64,000 nt of DNA, from positions 77,692 to 141,691 of the forward strand of contig CBDBNM010000002.1 of NCBI GenBank assembly GCA_965207935.1, in the 5' to 3' direction. Positions 9,439 to 19,147 of the stretch are shown here, piece by piece (within the stretch, counting starts at the first letter, position 1; each line of letters starts with the position of its first letter). Source of the DNA: Dehalococcoidia bacterium. Its GTDB lineage: Bacteria > Chloroflexota > Dehalococcoidia > Lucifugimonadales > JAGWBF01. The position numbers were made by a program, and so were the translations under genes. Below the pieces are notes generated by a model. The model searched no databases, had not been told where the DNA came from, and saw nothing but the letters and a program-made list of their open reading frames with translations.

Positions 9439-10051
9439 TCCCTATTGCCAACGGTCTACGCCCATGGCCGCCATCGCCTAGTTCGTCAAGTCTTTGACTA
9501 GACTCTACTAGCCATTGATTACAATTTTGGGTAAAGCCAGTTCTGAAAGTGCCGGGGCTGACAATTTGGAGCGGTGGTTCCGACCTTGTTTTGATAGCCT
9601 GCAGTTGAAATCCTCTCCGCCGTACCCTCCCACGACGACCACGAGCGCGCTTAGGGTGCAAATCCCGAGGAGGGGTGGCCGGACGGCCGCGGTCTGATTT
9701 CACCATTTGTTCTATCGCTCCAGGTTCAGGGGCTTGCATCGTTGCGGAGCCAGTAACTACCGGTTAGCTTGGCTGCGCCCTTGGTTACCCTGCTTGCGCA
9801 CCATAGAACGCTTAGCAAACTCACCCTCTACAAGAAGATGATCACGGGGGACACCACCCGGGTAACCCAATGGTGGATTGCGGGGACCGGCAGGGCCCCA
9901 AGAACGAGCCGCGGCGGCGAGCATCTAGCCTGCGACGCGATCCGGCGCATCACTCGTGCACGTAGATAGGAATGTAGGTCTCCCAGCGGGCTCGGTTGTG
10001 TCCTCGGGAGGCGTCCGAATGCTGGGCTGGACGGAGAGAAGTAGGGCGACA

Positions 10052-13000
10052 CTACCGCCGTGCTACGCCCCGGCGCCTTCGTGAGATGAGCACCGCCAAT
10101 CTGATCAACATCGCGATGACCACGATGAGCACGATGAGGACCCAAAGAGGCAACAGCCATCCGGACAGCCAGTCCGGCGCTTCGAGCGCCGGCGACGGCG
10201 CCGAGGATGTCGGCGTGGGTGAGGGTGCGGCCGTGGGATCCTGCGCCGGATCCTGCGTCGGAGTCGGTGTAGGCCTGGGCGTTGGCGTGACCGCCGGAGT
10301 CGCAGTCGGTGTGACCGTCGGAGTCGGTGTACGCCTGGGTGCCGGCGTGGGCGTCGTCGAGGGCGTCTCGCGCGGAATCTCGTTCCCCACTATGAGCCCG
10401 CGGTTGGCTGCCGACACGACGATGTCGAACGTGTCGGCGACCGAGAGGTCGCCGTCACTGGCGGTCAACCTGACGGACAGCGTGCCCACATTGGCGGCCT
10501 GGGGGGTTCCCGAGAAGTTGTGGGTCGCTGCCGTGAAGGTCAACCAGGTGGGCAGGCCTAAGCCGTCCGCCAGGTCGGCCGTGCAGGTCAGGGTGTCGCC
10601 GTCGGGGTCGCTGAACGTATTCGCCGGAATCGCATAGCTGAACGGGGTGCCCACTGTGGCCGTCTGATCCGGGATCGCGTTGGCCACAGTGGGCGCGCTG
10701 TTGGATGCGGCGCCGTTAGTGGTGCCCGAGGCTGGAGTCGACCAGTCGCCGTCGCCCTCGGCGTTGGTGGCCCGCACCCGGACCTGGTAGGCGGTGTTTC
10801 CCGAGAGACGGGTGATTACGGCTGTGGTGCCGGTGACGTCCCGGGGACCGTTGGTCCAAGCGCCGCTGGAGCCCCTTCGGTACTGGATGTCGTAGCTCGT
10901 GATCGCAGGCTTGCCGGTGTTGGACGGCGCGGTCCACGACACCGACAGTCTCGACGATGCACCCGCCACCGCGTTCACCGCCGGGGCGTCGGGTGCCGAC
11001 GGCGGCTCGTCGGTGTCGGTCACCGTGATCGTCACGGTCAGCGTGTCGGTGCCGCCGCTGCCGTCGTTGGCGGTGATGGTCACCGAGTACGTGGAATTGG
11101 ACTCGTGGTCCAGGGTGTCACCCGTCGCCACGGTCAGCTGTCGCGTGGCAGTGTTGAAATCGAACAACGCAGCGTCGATTCCGCCCAGCGAATAAGTAAG
11201 AGAGTCGCGGTCGGCGTCGGTGGCTTGCGGCAGCGCAGCCCCCACGGCAGTGCCCGCAGCCGAGTTCTCCGCCACCGACCGCGACGCTGTGTTCGGCGAG
11301 AACACCGGATCCGAGTTCGCCAACGTGCGCAGTCTGTTGGTAGTGCCCGAGGTGGGTGTGGACCAGTCGCTGTCACCCTCGGCATTGGTGGCCCGAACCC
11401 GGACCTGGTATGACCTGTTCGCCGAGAGACGCGTGATCGTGGCGGTGGTACCGGTGATGTCCTGGGGACCGTTGGTCCAAGCGCCGCTGGAGCCCCTGCG
11501 GTACTGGATGTCGTAGCTCGTGATCGCAGGCTTATCCATGTTGGCGGGTGCGGTCCACGACACCGACAGTCTCGACGACGAACGCGCCACCGCCTTCACC
11601 GTCGGTGCGCTGGGCGCGTCAGGTGGTTCGTCCTCGTCGGTGACCGTGATCGTCACGGTCAGCGTTCCGGTGCCGCCGTTGGGGTCGTTGGCGGTGATGG
11701 TCACCGAATGGCTGGGCTTGGCCTCGTGGTCCAGGGTGTCACCCGTCGCCACGGTCAGCTGTCGCGTGGCGGTGTTTAAATCGAACAACGCAGCGTCGGT
11801 ACCCTCCAGCAAGTAGGTCAGCGTGTCCCCAGTATCCGCATCGGTCGCCGCCGGCAGCACAGCCCCCACGGCAGTGCCCCCAGCTGAGTTCTCCGCCACT
11901 GAGCGCGACGCTGTGTTCGGCGTGAACACCGGGGCAGAGTTCGAAGTCGTGCCAGAGGTAGGTGTGGACCAGTCGCTGTCACCCTCGGCGTTGGTGGCCC
12001 GCACCCGGACCTGGTAGGAGGTGTTCGCCAAGAGACTGGTGATGGTGGCGGTGGTGCCGGTGACGTTCTGGGGGCCGTTGGTGTAGGTGCCGGTCGCACC
12101 CTGGCGGTACTGCACATCGTAGCTGGTGATCGCAGGCCTGCCCATGTTGGACGGCGCGGTCCACGACACCGACAGGCTGGTCGTCGAACCCGGCGCCGCG
12201 TTCACCATTGGCGCGTCGGGTGCCGACGGTGGCTCGTCCTCGTCGGTGATGGTAACGGTCACGGCCAGCGTGTCGGCGCCTCCGTTGCCATCGTCGACGG
12301 TGATGGTCACCGAGTAAGTCGAATTGGACTCGAAATCGAGGTCGGCGGATGTGCTTACGGTGAGCTGACGAGACATCGTATCAAGCGCGAACGACGAAGC
12401 GTCGATTCCCCCCAGCAAATAGGTGAGAGAGTCGCCGTCGGCGTCTGTGGCTTGCGGCAGCACAGCCCCCACGGCAGTGCCCGCAGCTGAGTTCTCCGCC
12501 ACTGAGCGCGCCGCTGTGTTCGGCGTGAACACCGGAGCAGAGTTCGAAGTGGTGCCCGAGGTAGGTGTGGACCAGTCGCTGTCACCCTCGGCGTTGGTGG
12601 CCCGCACCCGGACCTCGTAAGAGGTGTTCGCAGTCAGGCTGGTGATGACCGCTGTGGTGCCGGTGACGCCCTGGGGGCCGCTCAGGTAGGTGCCGGTCGC
12701 ACCTTGGCGGTACTGCACATCGTAGCTCGTGATCGCAGGCTTGCCCATGTTGGACGGCGCGGTCCACGTCACCGACAGGCTGGTCGTCGAACCCGGCGCC
12801 GCGTTCACCATTGGCGCGTCGGGTGCCGACGGTGGCTCGTCCTCGTCGGTGATGGTAACGGTCACGGCCAGCGTGTCGGCGCCTCCGTTGCCATCGTCGA
12901 CGGTGATGGTCACCGAGTAAGTCGAATTGGACTCGAAATCGAGGTCGGCGGATGTGCTTACGGTGAGCTGACGAGACATCGTATCAAGCGCGAACGACGC

Positions 13001-16000
13001 AGCGTCTGTTCCGCCCAGCAAATAAGTGAGAGAGTCGCCGTCGGCGTCGGTCGCCGCCGGCAGCACCGCGCCGACATTGGTCCCCGCAGCTGAGTTCTCC
13101 GCCACCATCCGGGTCGCTGTGTTCGGCGAGAACACCGGTGCAGAGTTCGGAGTAGTGCCCGAGGTAGGTGTGGACCAGTCGCTGTCACCCTCGGCGTTGG
13201 TGGCCCGCACCCGGACCTCGTAAGAGGTGTTTGCAGTCAGGCTGGTGATGGTGGCGCTGGTCGTCGTGACATCCTGGGGACCGTTGGTGTAGGTGCCGGT
13301 CGCACCCTGGCGGTACTGCACATCGTAGCTGGTGATCGCAGGCCTGCCCATGTTGGACGGCGCGGTCCACGACACCGACAGGCTGGTAGTCGACCCCACA
13401 ACCACGTTCACCGTCGGCGCGCTGGGCGCGTCAGGTGGCTCGTCCTGGTCGATGATGGTGACGGTCACGGTCAGCGTGTCGGCGCCTCCGTTGCCGTCGT
13501 TGACGGTGATGGTCACCGAGTACGTGGAATTGGACTCGAAATCGAGGTCGGCGGATGTGCTTACGGTGAGCTGACGAGACATCGTATCAAGCGCGAACGA
13601 CGAAGCGTCGATTCCCCCCAGCAAATAGGTGAGAGAGTCGCCGTCGGCGTCTGTGGCTTGCGGCAGCACAGCCCCCACGGCAGTGCCCGCAGCTGAGTTC
13701 TCTGCCACTGAGCGCGCCGCTGTGTTCGGCGTGAACACCGGTGCAGAGTTCGAAGTCGTGCCCGAGGTAGGTGTGGACCAGTCGCTGTCTCCATCGGCGT
13801 TGGTGGCCCGCACCCGGACCTCGTAAGAGGTGTTTGCCAAGAGACTGGTGATGGTGGCGGTGGTGCCGGTGACGTTCTGGGGGCCGTTGGTGTAGGTGCC
13901 GGTCGCGCCCTGGCGGTACTGCACATCATAGCTGGTGATCGGGGGCTTGCCCGTGTTGGCGGGTGCGGTCCACGACACCGACAGGCTGGTCGTCGACCCC
14001 ACAACCACGTTCACCGTCGGCGCGCTGGGCGCGTCAGGTGGCTCGTCCTGGTCGATGATGGTGACGGTCACGGTCAGTGTTCCGGTGCCGCCGTTGCCGT
14101 CGTCGGCGGTGATGGTCACCGAGTACGTGGAATTGGACTCGTGGTCCAGGGTGTCACCCGTCGCCACGGTCAGCTGTCGCGTGGCGGTGTTGAAATCGAA
14201 CAACCCAGCGTCGGTTCCGCCCAGCGAATAGGTGAGAGAATCGCCGTCGGCGTCGGTGGCCGCCGGCAGCGCCGCGCCGACGTTGGTTCTCGCAGCCGAG
14301 TTCTCCGCCACTGAGCGCGACGCTGTGTTAGGCGTGAACACTGGTGCCGAGTTTGCGGCTGATACGACAATGTCGAACGCGTCAGAGACCGAGAGGCTGC
14401 CGTCGTTGGCGGTCACCCGTACCGTCAGCGTGCCCACGTTGGCAGCCTGGGGGGTTCCCGCGAAGCTGCGCGTCGCCGCGGTGAAGATCAGCCAGGTGGG
14501 CAGGTCTGCGCCGCTGGACTGGTCAGCCTCGTAGTTCAGGGTGTCTCCGTCAGCGTCGCTGAACGTGTTCGACGGGAACGCATAGCTGAACGCGGTGCCC
14601 GCCGTCGCCGTCTGGTCCGGGATCGCGTTCGCCACCGTCGGTGCGCGGTTGGCCGCCGACACCACGATGTTGAAGGTGTCGGGAACCGAGCCGCCCTTGC
14701 CGTCGCTGGCGGTCACCCGGACTGAGAGGGTCCCTACGTCCGCGGACTGGGGGGTGCCCGAGAACGTACGTGTGTTGGCCGTGAAGGTCAGCCAGGTGGG
14801 CAGGTCTGAGCGATCCGGCAGGTCGGCCTCGTAAGTCAAAGTGTCTCCGTCGGCGTCGCTGAAGGTGTTCGCCGGGAAGGTGTAGCTGAACGCAGTGCCC
14901 TCCGTAGCCGCCTGGTCCGGGATCGCGTTCGCCACCGTGGGTGCCCTCTTGCCGGTGCTGAACGAGATGTCATGCAGCGTGTATCCCGCCTCGGACGGCT
15001 GGGCACCCCGATTGGACAGCACCAGCCGGATCTGGGTTATGCCGGACTGATCGAAAACGAACGTTGCGTTCGCTTCATTGCTTCCCAACCCCGAAACGGC
15101 CGTGCCCTGCACCGCGTTGTCGCCGATCTGCTCATTGTCAACACCCGTCACAATCTGCGTCGGGTCCACCGAGACGCCCGAAGCGGTCGCGGTTACCTCC
15201 AGGCGCTCCAAAGCCAGCACCGCTATCCCGTCCACATCGAAAACATCGAATCTCACGTCGCTGACCCCGTCCACATGCGCGAAATCGATCGTCAACGTGG
15301 TCGACGGGCCTTGAGCCTGTAGCTGCTTCAGGATCAGCAGACCTGTCTCCTGAAGACCCAGACCGCCGGTGTGGAAGTTCGTCGTCGACGGCGACACCGC
15401 ATGCGACGCCGGGACGTTCGCGAACCCGATAATGTTCCCGGAGATGGCGAACGACACCTCCGCGCCGCCCACGGTGTAGGACTCGGACAGATTCAGCGAC
15501 CCTCCCTCGGTGCGCGACCAATCCACTTCATCCCAATCCAGCACGAACACGTCCAACACGGAGATATCGAACGTAACGGCAGTGCTGGCGCCATTGGCGT
15601 CCGTCACCGAGTAGGTGGCCTCCAGCGGCCCGTCCGTTGACGCCGACGGAGTGCCCCAGATCCTGCGGCAGCCGAGATGATTCGGCGGATCGACTTCACG
15701 CTGGTTGCACTGCAAGCCCATCGGCAACGGCGACACCTCATAGCGATACGGCGCCAAGCCCCCCGTCGCATCCGGCAAGTTCACCCTGTCGATCCTCGTC
15801 CCATTCACGAACTCCAGATCGCCCGGCCCCGCCAACGTCAACGACTCGGCAGCGGTCACGGCCGGCAACGCCCCGCCCACGTTGGTTCCCAACGCGGAGC
15901 TCTCCCCCACCGAGCGCGTGGTCGTGGCCGGCGCGGTCTGGTCAGGGATCTGGTTGGCGACGGTGGGCGCGCTGTTGGTGGTTGTAGTGAATGACATGTC

Positions 16001-16351
16001 GTGCAGCCCGAACCCCGTCCCATAGACGTTCCGCGCGTCAACGGAGGCGGGCAGGAAGGCGAACGTCAGCAGGCCCGCTGCCAGCAGCAGCGGCAGGAAG
16101 TGGCGCAGCCGAACGCTGAGCCTCTCTAGCTTGTGGGCGGGGCTATCGGGTCGTCGCCCGTCACGACTTTGTGGGGCTAGGAGAGGGCAAGAAGCATGTA
16201 CGACTGCCCGTAGTAGACTACGCCAGGATTGATTTGCGGTGGGACGGCCAGTCCAGCGGCCTGCAGTCGACTGCAGGCAACTCCTGCCAAGTCGGCTCTT
16301 CCTCTTCATAGTTGTTGGCCCGGTAGCCGCCTCTGCCGGGTGCCGGCTCAA
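10052..16351 (-). CDS. giant cell-surface protein with dystroglycan-type cadherin-like domains, six cadherin+FN3 units, a Pro/Thr linker and a C-terminal membrane anchor
   Basis: 2099-aa ORF. PTVANAIPDQTAT...FSDADGDTLTY units are CADG-like. SAPVF..VAENSAAGT..DADGDSLTY...DEPP units are cadherin-like. Alternating ...SLSVSWTAP...ITSYDVQYR...YEVRVRATN...WS units are FN3-like. The C-terminus is a PT-rich stretch followed by WLLPLWVLIVLIVVIAMLIRLAVLISRRRR. The signal-like segment (HFLPLLLAAGLLTFAFLPASVDA) lies ~80 codons after the first ATG, so the true start is uncertain. Confidence 0.85.
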   Translation of the reverse strand: MSRHPAEAATGPTTMKRKSRLGRSCLQSTAGRWTGRPTANQSWRSLLRAVVHASCPLLAPQSRDGRRPDSPAHKLERLSVRLRHFLPLLLAAGLLTFAFLPASVDARNVYGTGFGLHDMSFTTTTNSAPTVANQIPDQTAPATTTRSVGESSALGTNVGGALPAVTAAESLTLAGPGDLEFVNGTRIDRVNLPDATGGLAPYRYEVSPLPMGLQCNQREVDPPNHLGCRRIWGTPSASTDGPLEATYSVTDANGASTAVTFDISVLDVFVLDWDEVDWSRTEGGSLNLSESYTVGGAEVSFAISGNIIGFANVPASHAVSPSTTNFHTGGLGLQETGLLILKQLQAQGPSTTLTIDFAHVDGVSDVRFDVFDVDGIAVLALERLEVTATASGVSVDPTQIVTGVDNEQIGDNAVQGTAVSGLGSNEANATFVFDQSGITQIRLVLSNRGAQPSEAGYTLHDISFSTGKRAPTVANAIPDQAATEGTAFSYTFPANTFSDADGDTLTYEADLPDRSDLPTWLTFTANTRTFSGTPQSADVGTLSVRVTASDGKGGSVPDTFNIVVSAANRAPTVANAIPDQTATAGTAFSYAFPSNTFSDADGDTLNYEADQSSGADLPTWLIFTAATRSFAGTPQAANVGTLTVRVTANDGSLSVSDAFDIVVSAANSAPVFTPNTASRSVAENSAARTNVGAALPAATDADGDSLTYSLGGTDAGLFDFNTATRQLTVATGDTLDHESNSTYSVTITADDGNGGTGTLTVTVTIIDQDEPPDAPSAPTVNVVVGSTTSLSVSWTAPANTGKPPITSYDVQYRQGATGTYTNGPQNVTGTTATITSLLANTSYEVRVRATNADGDSDWSTPTSGTTSNSAPVFTPNTAARSVAENSAAGTAVGAVLPQATDADGDSLTYLLGGIDASSFALDTMSRQLTVSTSADLDFESNSTYSVTITVNDGNGGADTLTVTVTIIDQDEPPDAPSAPTVNVVVGSTTSLSVSWTAPSNMGRPAITSYDVQYRQGATGTYTNGPQDVTTTSATITSLTANTSYEVRVRATNAEGDSDWSTPTSGTTPNSAPVFSPNTATRMVAENSAAGTNVGAVLPAATDADGDSLTYLLGGTDAASFALDTMSRQLTVSTSADLDFESNSTYSVTITVDDGNGGADTLAVTVTITDEDEPPSAPDAPMVNAAPGSTTSLSVTWTAPSNMGKPAITSYDVQYRQGATGTYLSGPQGVTGTTAVITSLTANTSYEVRVRATNAEGDSDWSTPTSGTTSNSAPVFTPNTAARSVAENSAAGTAVGAVLPQATDADGDSLTYLLGGIDASSFALDTMSRQLTVSTSADLDFESNSTYSVTITVDDGNGGADTLAVTVTITDEDEPPSAPDAPMVNAAPGSTTSLSVSWTAPSNMGRPAITSYDVQYRQGATGTYTNGPQNVTGTTATITSLLANTSYQVRVRATNAEGDSDWSTPTSGTTSNSAPVFTPNTASRSVAENSAGGTAVGAVLPAATDADTGDTLTYLLEGTDAALFDLNTATRQLTVATGDTLDHEAKPSHSVTITANDPNGGTGTLTVTITVTDEDEPPDAPSAPTVKAVARSSSRLSVSWTAPANMDKPAITSYDIQYRRGSSGAWTNGPQDITGTTATITRLSANRSYQVRVRATNAEGDSDWSTPTSGTTNRLRTLANSDPVFSPNTASRSVAENSAAGTAVGAALPQATDADRDSLTYSLGGIDAALFDFNTATRQLTVATGDTLDHESNSTYSVTITANDGSGGTDTLTVTITVTDTDEPPSAPDAPAVNAVAGASSRLSVSWTAPSNTGKPAITSYDIQYRRGSSGAWTNGPRDVTGTTAVITRLSGNTAYQVRVRATNAEGDGDWSTPASGTTNGAASNSAPTVANAIPDQTATVGTPFSYAIPANTFSDPDGDTLTCTADLADGLGLPTWLTFTAATHNFSGTPQAANVGTLSVRLTASDGDLSVADTFDIVVSAANRGLIVGNEIPRETPSTTPTPAPRRTPTPTVTPTATPAVTPTPRPTPTPTQDPAQDPTAAPSPTPTSSAPSPALEAPDWLSGWLLPLWVLIVLIVVIAMLIRLAVLISRRRRGVARR
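10715..14355 (-). repeat. six tandem ~603-621-bp coding repeats (one cadherin plus one FN3 domain each)
   Basis: Antisense mini-ORFs recur at 10899, 11520, 12126, 12729, 13332 and 13935. The peptide units align nearly residue for residue, and units 2-4 share long identical blocks. Confidence 0.85.
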
Positions 16352-16754
16352 TGGTGATTAGGCTACCCAAACATTGTAGTAAATATTGTGTGACAAACAC
16401 GTGACAAAACGACAATTTGTGTACCAATTGTGTGTCAATCTGGCGACCATAGCCGTTGTACAGCGTCTGAGGCTCGTGCCGGTCGGGGGGACAGGATGTG
16501 CTTGGCCCTTCACGGGCGCAGGGGATGTGTGCCCACTTTACGCGGCCGGGGAAAGTGTGCTGTTCATCAATGGGAACTTGGCGGGCCAAGGCATGCCGAT
16601 TTGCAAACTTCTCGGTGGGAGGTTCGAATATAGGATCGTGGTAGACTGAGCTGCTAGCAGGTGGTACAAAGTCCGGGCAGGTCATTTGGCCAGCGGGGGT
16701 ACGCCACCGTCACAAGATAGAATGGGCCAAATGAGTATGGAAAAGGAGGCACTT

Positions 16755-17330
16755 GTGTCTGAACCGGATAGTGGTGGGGGGTCCAAAACGATGGTAAAGC
16801 CCCATAGCGCGCGAAAAGGTCTGGTCATCGTGAATACCGGTGAGGGCAAGGGAAAGACGACAGCTGCCCTTGGCGTGATCTTTCGCGCTTGGGGCAGCGA
16901 CCTCAGAGTCAGGATGTTTCAGTTCATTAAGCACACATCCGCGAGGTTCGGTGAGCATAAGGCAGCTGAAAAACTGGACATCCAAATAGAGGCCTTGGGT
17001 GATGGTTGTACCAGGAATTCGAGCGATTTGGAAAAATCAATCTTACTGGCCAAAGAGCAGTGGATCCGCTGCAAGCACAATATACTTAACGGCAACGAAG
17101 AGATCGTCGTTCTGGACGAGTTCACTTACCCGATGCATTATGGGTGGGTCTCTGTCGCGGATGTCGTCGATACCCTAAGACGACGACCCGAAACGATGCA
17201 CGTCATCATCACGGGTCGATATGCTCCCCAGGAGTTGATTGACTGCGCAGACCTCGTTACTGAGATGAGGTCGATTAAGCATCCCTACCATGACCAGGGC
17301 ATCAAGGCTCAACTGGGAATAGAGCTTTAG
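16755..17330 (+). CDS. cobO: cob(I)yrinic acid a,c-diamide adenosyltransferase (CobO/BtuR family)
   Basis: Motifs GLVIVNTGEGKGKTTAALG, VVLDEFTY and a C-terminus KHPYHDQGIKAQLGIEL typical of BtuR/CobO. Start chosen at GTG 16755, 5 nt after AAGGAGG. The ORF track begins at 16686. Confidence 0.8.
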   Translation: MSEPDSGGGSKTMVKPHSARKGLVIVNTGEGKGKTTAALGVIFRAWGSDLRVRMFQFIKHTSARFGEHKAAEKLDIQIEALGDGCTRNSSDLEKSILLAKEQWIRCKHNILNGNEEIVVLDEFTYPMHYGWVSVADVVDTLRRRPETMHVIITGRYAPQELIDCADLVTEMRSIKHPYHDQGIKAQLGIEL

Positions 17331-18935
17331 TGGTGTCGCGGAGGGCCATCGGGGTAATCCAGTTGGTGGGCCGGACTGGACGAAATCAAGAACCGAGGCC
17401 GATTCCCTGGTCACGCCGTCGTTGGGCATGGGCACCGTGTACGTCAGCGTCGCCTCGTCTCCCTCCACCTCGATGGCCTCAACGAAGTTCCGGACGAGCG
17501 CCTTCTTCTCCGGTATCGTCCCCTTCTTCAGAAAGTCCCGGAAGTCCGCCACGTACCGCGCTATCTCCTTGGTGTCAGGAATGGAAACCCTGCGCTGCTC
17601 TAGCTGGGCCTCGGCGTCCTCCCTAGCAGCCTCAAGCTGCTCCTCACGGTGCCTCAGGGACATGATGCGGGGCGACAGGACCTCAAGGGTCAGGTCGCTG
17701 GTCTCAATGGCCTCGTAGAGCTTCCCCAGACGCTTCCTCACGTCACCAAGCTCCGCCTCCACAACCTCCAGCCTGCCGGACAGCTCTCCCGCCATGGCGT
17801 CGATCTCCTCCGCCACAAGCTGCACCAACTCGGTGATGGTCTCCTCGGTCAGTATCCTCTCCCTGATCTTCTCCACCACGAAGGTCTCCAGCTTCGGGGC
17901 GTTCAGGTAGCGGGCGCTGCACGTCCCCGCTCCTTCCCTGAACAACGTCCCGCAGATGTAGTAGGCGAACTGGCCGCTCTTGGCTCCCTGGGCCGAATAC
18001 GGCCTGCCGCACACCCCACACTTGAGCAGCCCGCTCAACAGATACGGGCTTCCCACCCTCGCGGGCCTCTGCACCTTGGGGGCGCGCTCGCTCATCGCCT
18101 GCTGCACGGCGTCGTAAAGCTCCTTCGACACCAGCGCGGGCCACGCTCCCTCCACCCTCACCGGGTCCTGGGCCTTCTCGTTCTTGCCCTTGACTCCCCA
18201 CACGGCGGTTCCGGTGTACGCCTCGTTGCGCAGCACGTAGTGGAGTCCGCCCTTGTACCACCGCTTGCCCCTGTTGGTGACTCCCCTCTCGTTCAACTCT
18301 TTGCACAGTTCTTTGAGGCCGTAGCCCTGTAGCGACTTCTCGAATATCTCCTTCACCACGGAAGCCGTGGCCGGGTCTACCTCCAGCGAGGGACGCTCCT
18401 TGGGTCCGTCCTGCACCTTGATCTTCCGGTAGCCGAAGGGGGCCTTGGAGCCCAGGAAGAAACCTCTCGAAGCGGCCTCCCGCATCCCCCGGACGACCTC
18501 TTGGGCCAAATTCTCGCTGTAATATTCGTCCACGCTCTCGATGATTCCCTCAAGCAGCCTGCCGGTGGCGCTGTCCTCGGCCTGCTCGGTGATGGACACC
18601 ACGCGGATGCCCTTGCGCCGCAGCTGGGCCTTGAAGGCCACGGCGTGCTCCCGCTTGCGGGTGAACCTACTGAATTTCCAGACTAAGATGACCTCAAAGG
18701 GCGCCTGGGGCTTGGAGCCCTCCTCGATCATCTTCCTGAACTGGGGCCGGTCGGCGACGCGGCCGCTCTCGGCCTCGTCGATGTACTCGCGGGCCACCGA
18801 GTAGCCGTTGGCCTTCGCGTACTCCTTGAGCGCCCTTAGCTGGGCCGCCACGGACAGGTCCACGTCCTGGCGGTCGCTGGACACCCTGGCGTAGAGGGCT
18901 GCCGGCGTCAGGGGCTGCAGGTGCTTCTTCTTCAT
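17175..18935 (-). CDS. large serine recombinase (resolvase/invertase N-domain, recombinase domain, zinc ribbon, coiled coil)
   Basis: 586 aa. Motifs: ALYARVSSDRQ catalytic Ser, RPQFRKMIEE, CGVCGRPY...YYICG zinc ribbon, and a long coiled-coil region. The last ~52 codons are antisense to the cobO 3' end and are probably not native. Confidence 0.9.
   Translation of the reverse strand: MKKKHLQPLTPAALYARVSSDRQDVDLSVAAQLRALKEYAKANGYSVAREYIDEAESGRVADRPQFRKMIEEGSKPQAPFEVILVWKFSRFTRKREHAVAFKAQLRRKGIRVVSITEQAEDSATGRLLEGIIESVDEYYSENLAQEVVRGMREAASRGFFLGSKAPFGYRKIKVQDGPKERPSLEVDPATASVVKEIFEKSLQGYGLKELCKELNERGVTNRGKRWYKGGLHYVLRNEAYTGTAVWGVKGKNEKAQDPVRVEGAWPALVSKELYDAVQQAMSERAPKVQRPARVGSPYLLSGLLKCGVCGRPYSAQGAKSGQFAYYICGTLFREGAGTCSARYLNAPKLETFVVEKIRERILTEETITELVQLVAEEIDAMAGELSGRLEVVEAELGDVRKRLGKLYEAIETSDLTLEVLSPRIMSLRHREEQLEAAREDAEAQLEQRRVSIPDTKEIARYVADFRDFLKKGTIPEKKALVRNFVEAIEVEGDEATLTYTVPMPNDGVTRESASVLDFVQSGPPTGLPRWPSATPLKLYSQLSLDALVMVGMLNRPHLSNEVCAVNQLLGSISTRDDDVHRFGSSS
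17363..17394. repeat. left junction (attL-like): tRNA-Ile 3'-end-like core TTGGTGGGCCGGA, 7 nt, then AAATCAAGAACC
   Basis: Direct sequence comparison with 35115-35148. Confidence 0.5.
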
Positions 18936-19147
18936 GCTGTCCTCCTTAGATGTTACCGAGTCTTACTCAGTATCATGACTCACCAAAGGGGTCATTGTCA
19001 AGAAACGGCTGTCGGTCGCTTTTCTATATCACTCCACCGAAACCGCAAGATACCGAAAGCTGCCGTAGGACTTCCCTGGGAAGCTGGAATACTCCTGCCA
19101 GCGAAGACGATAAGACCCTCGTATCTCTATCGGTGACTCTCGGCCCT

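Noticed and set aside
8135-9739. 534-aa ORF antisense to the amidase
   Set aside because: It has Arg/Gly/Pro-rich low-complexity composition typical of an open antisense frame in GC-rich DNA. It fully overlaps a gene with clear amidase-signature motifs.
10715-14355. Periodic 603-bp signal considered as a CRISPR or other non-coding array
   Set aside because: The period is far too long for a CRISPR array. The repeats are in-frame protein domains (cadherin plus FN3) of one continuous ORF.
16352-16754. Cobalamin riboswitch upstream of cobO, and the 155-aa ORF 16218..16685
   Set aside because: I could not find a convincing B12 box (AGYCMGGAGACCKGCC-like) or the GGGAA…GGTG…GCCACTG core. Only loose resemblances are present. 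The ORF has an implausible composition. An Rfam RF00174 scan would settle it.
17385-17390. Alternative junction model in which the 6-bp ATCAAG (also at 35128-35133) is the crossover core, regenerating a perfect palindrome GGTTCTTGAT-TTT-ATCAAGAACC
   Set aside because: It is possible. However, the 6-bp identity is off-centre relative to that palindrome. The model also leaves the 13/14-nt tRNA-derived direct repeat unexplained. The DR-core model is preferred, and only junction sequencing can decide.
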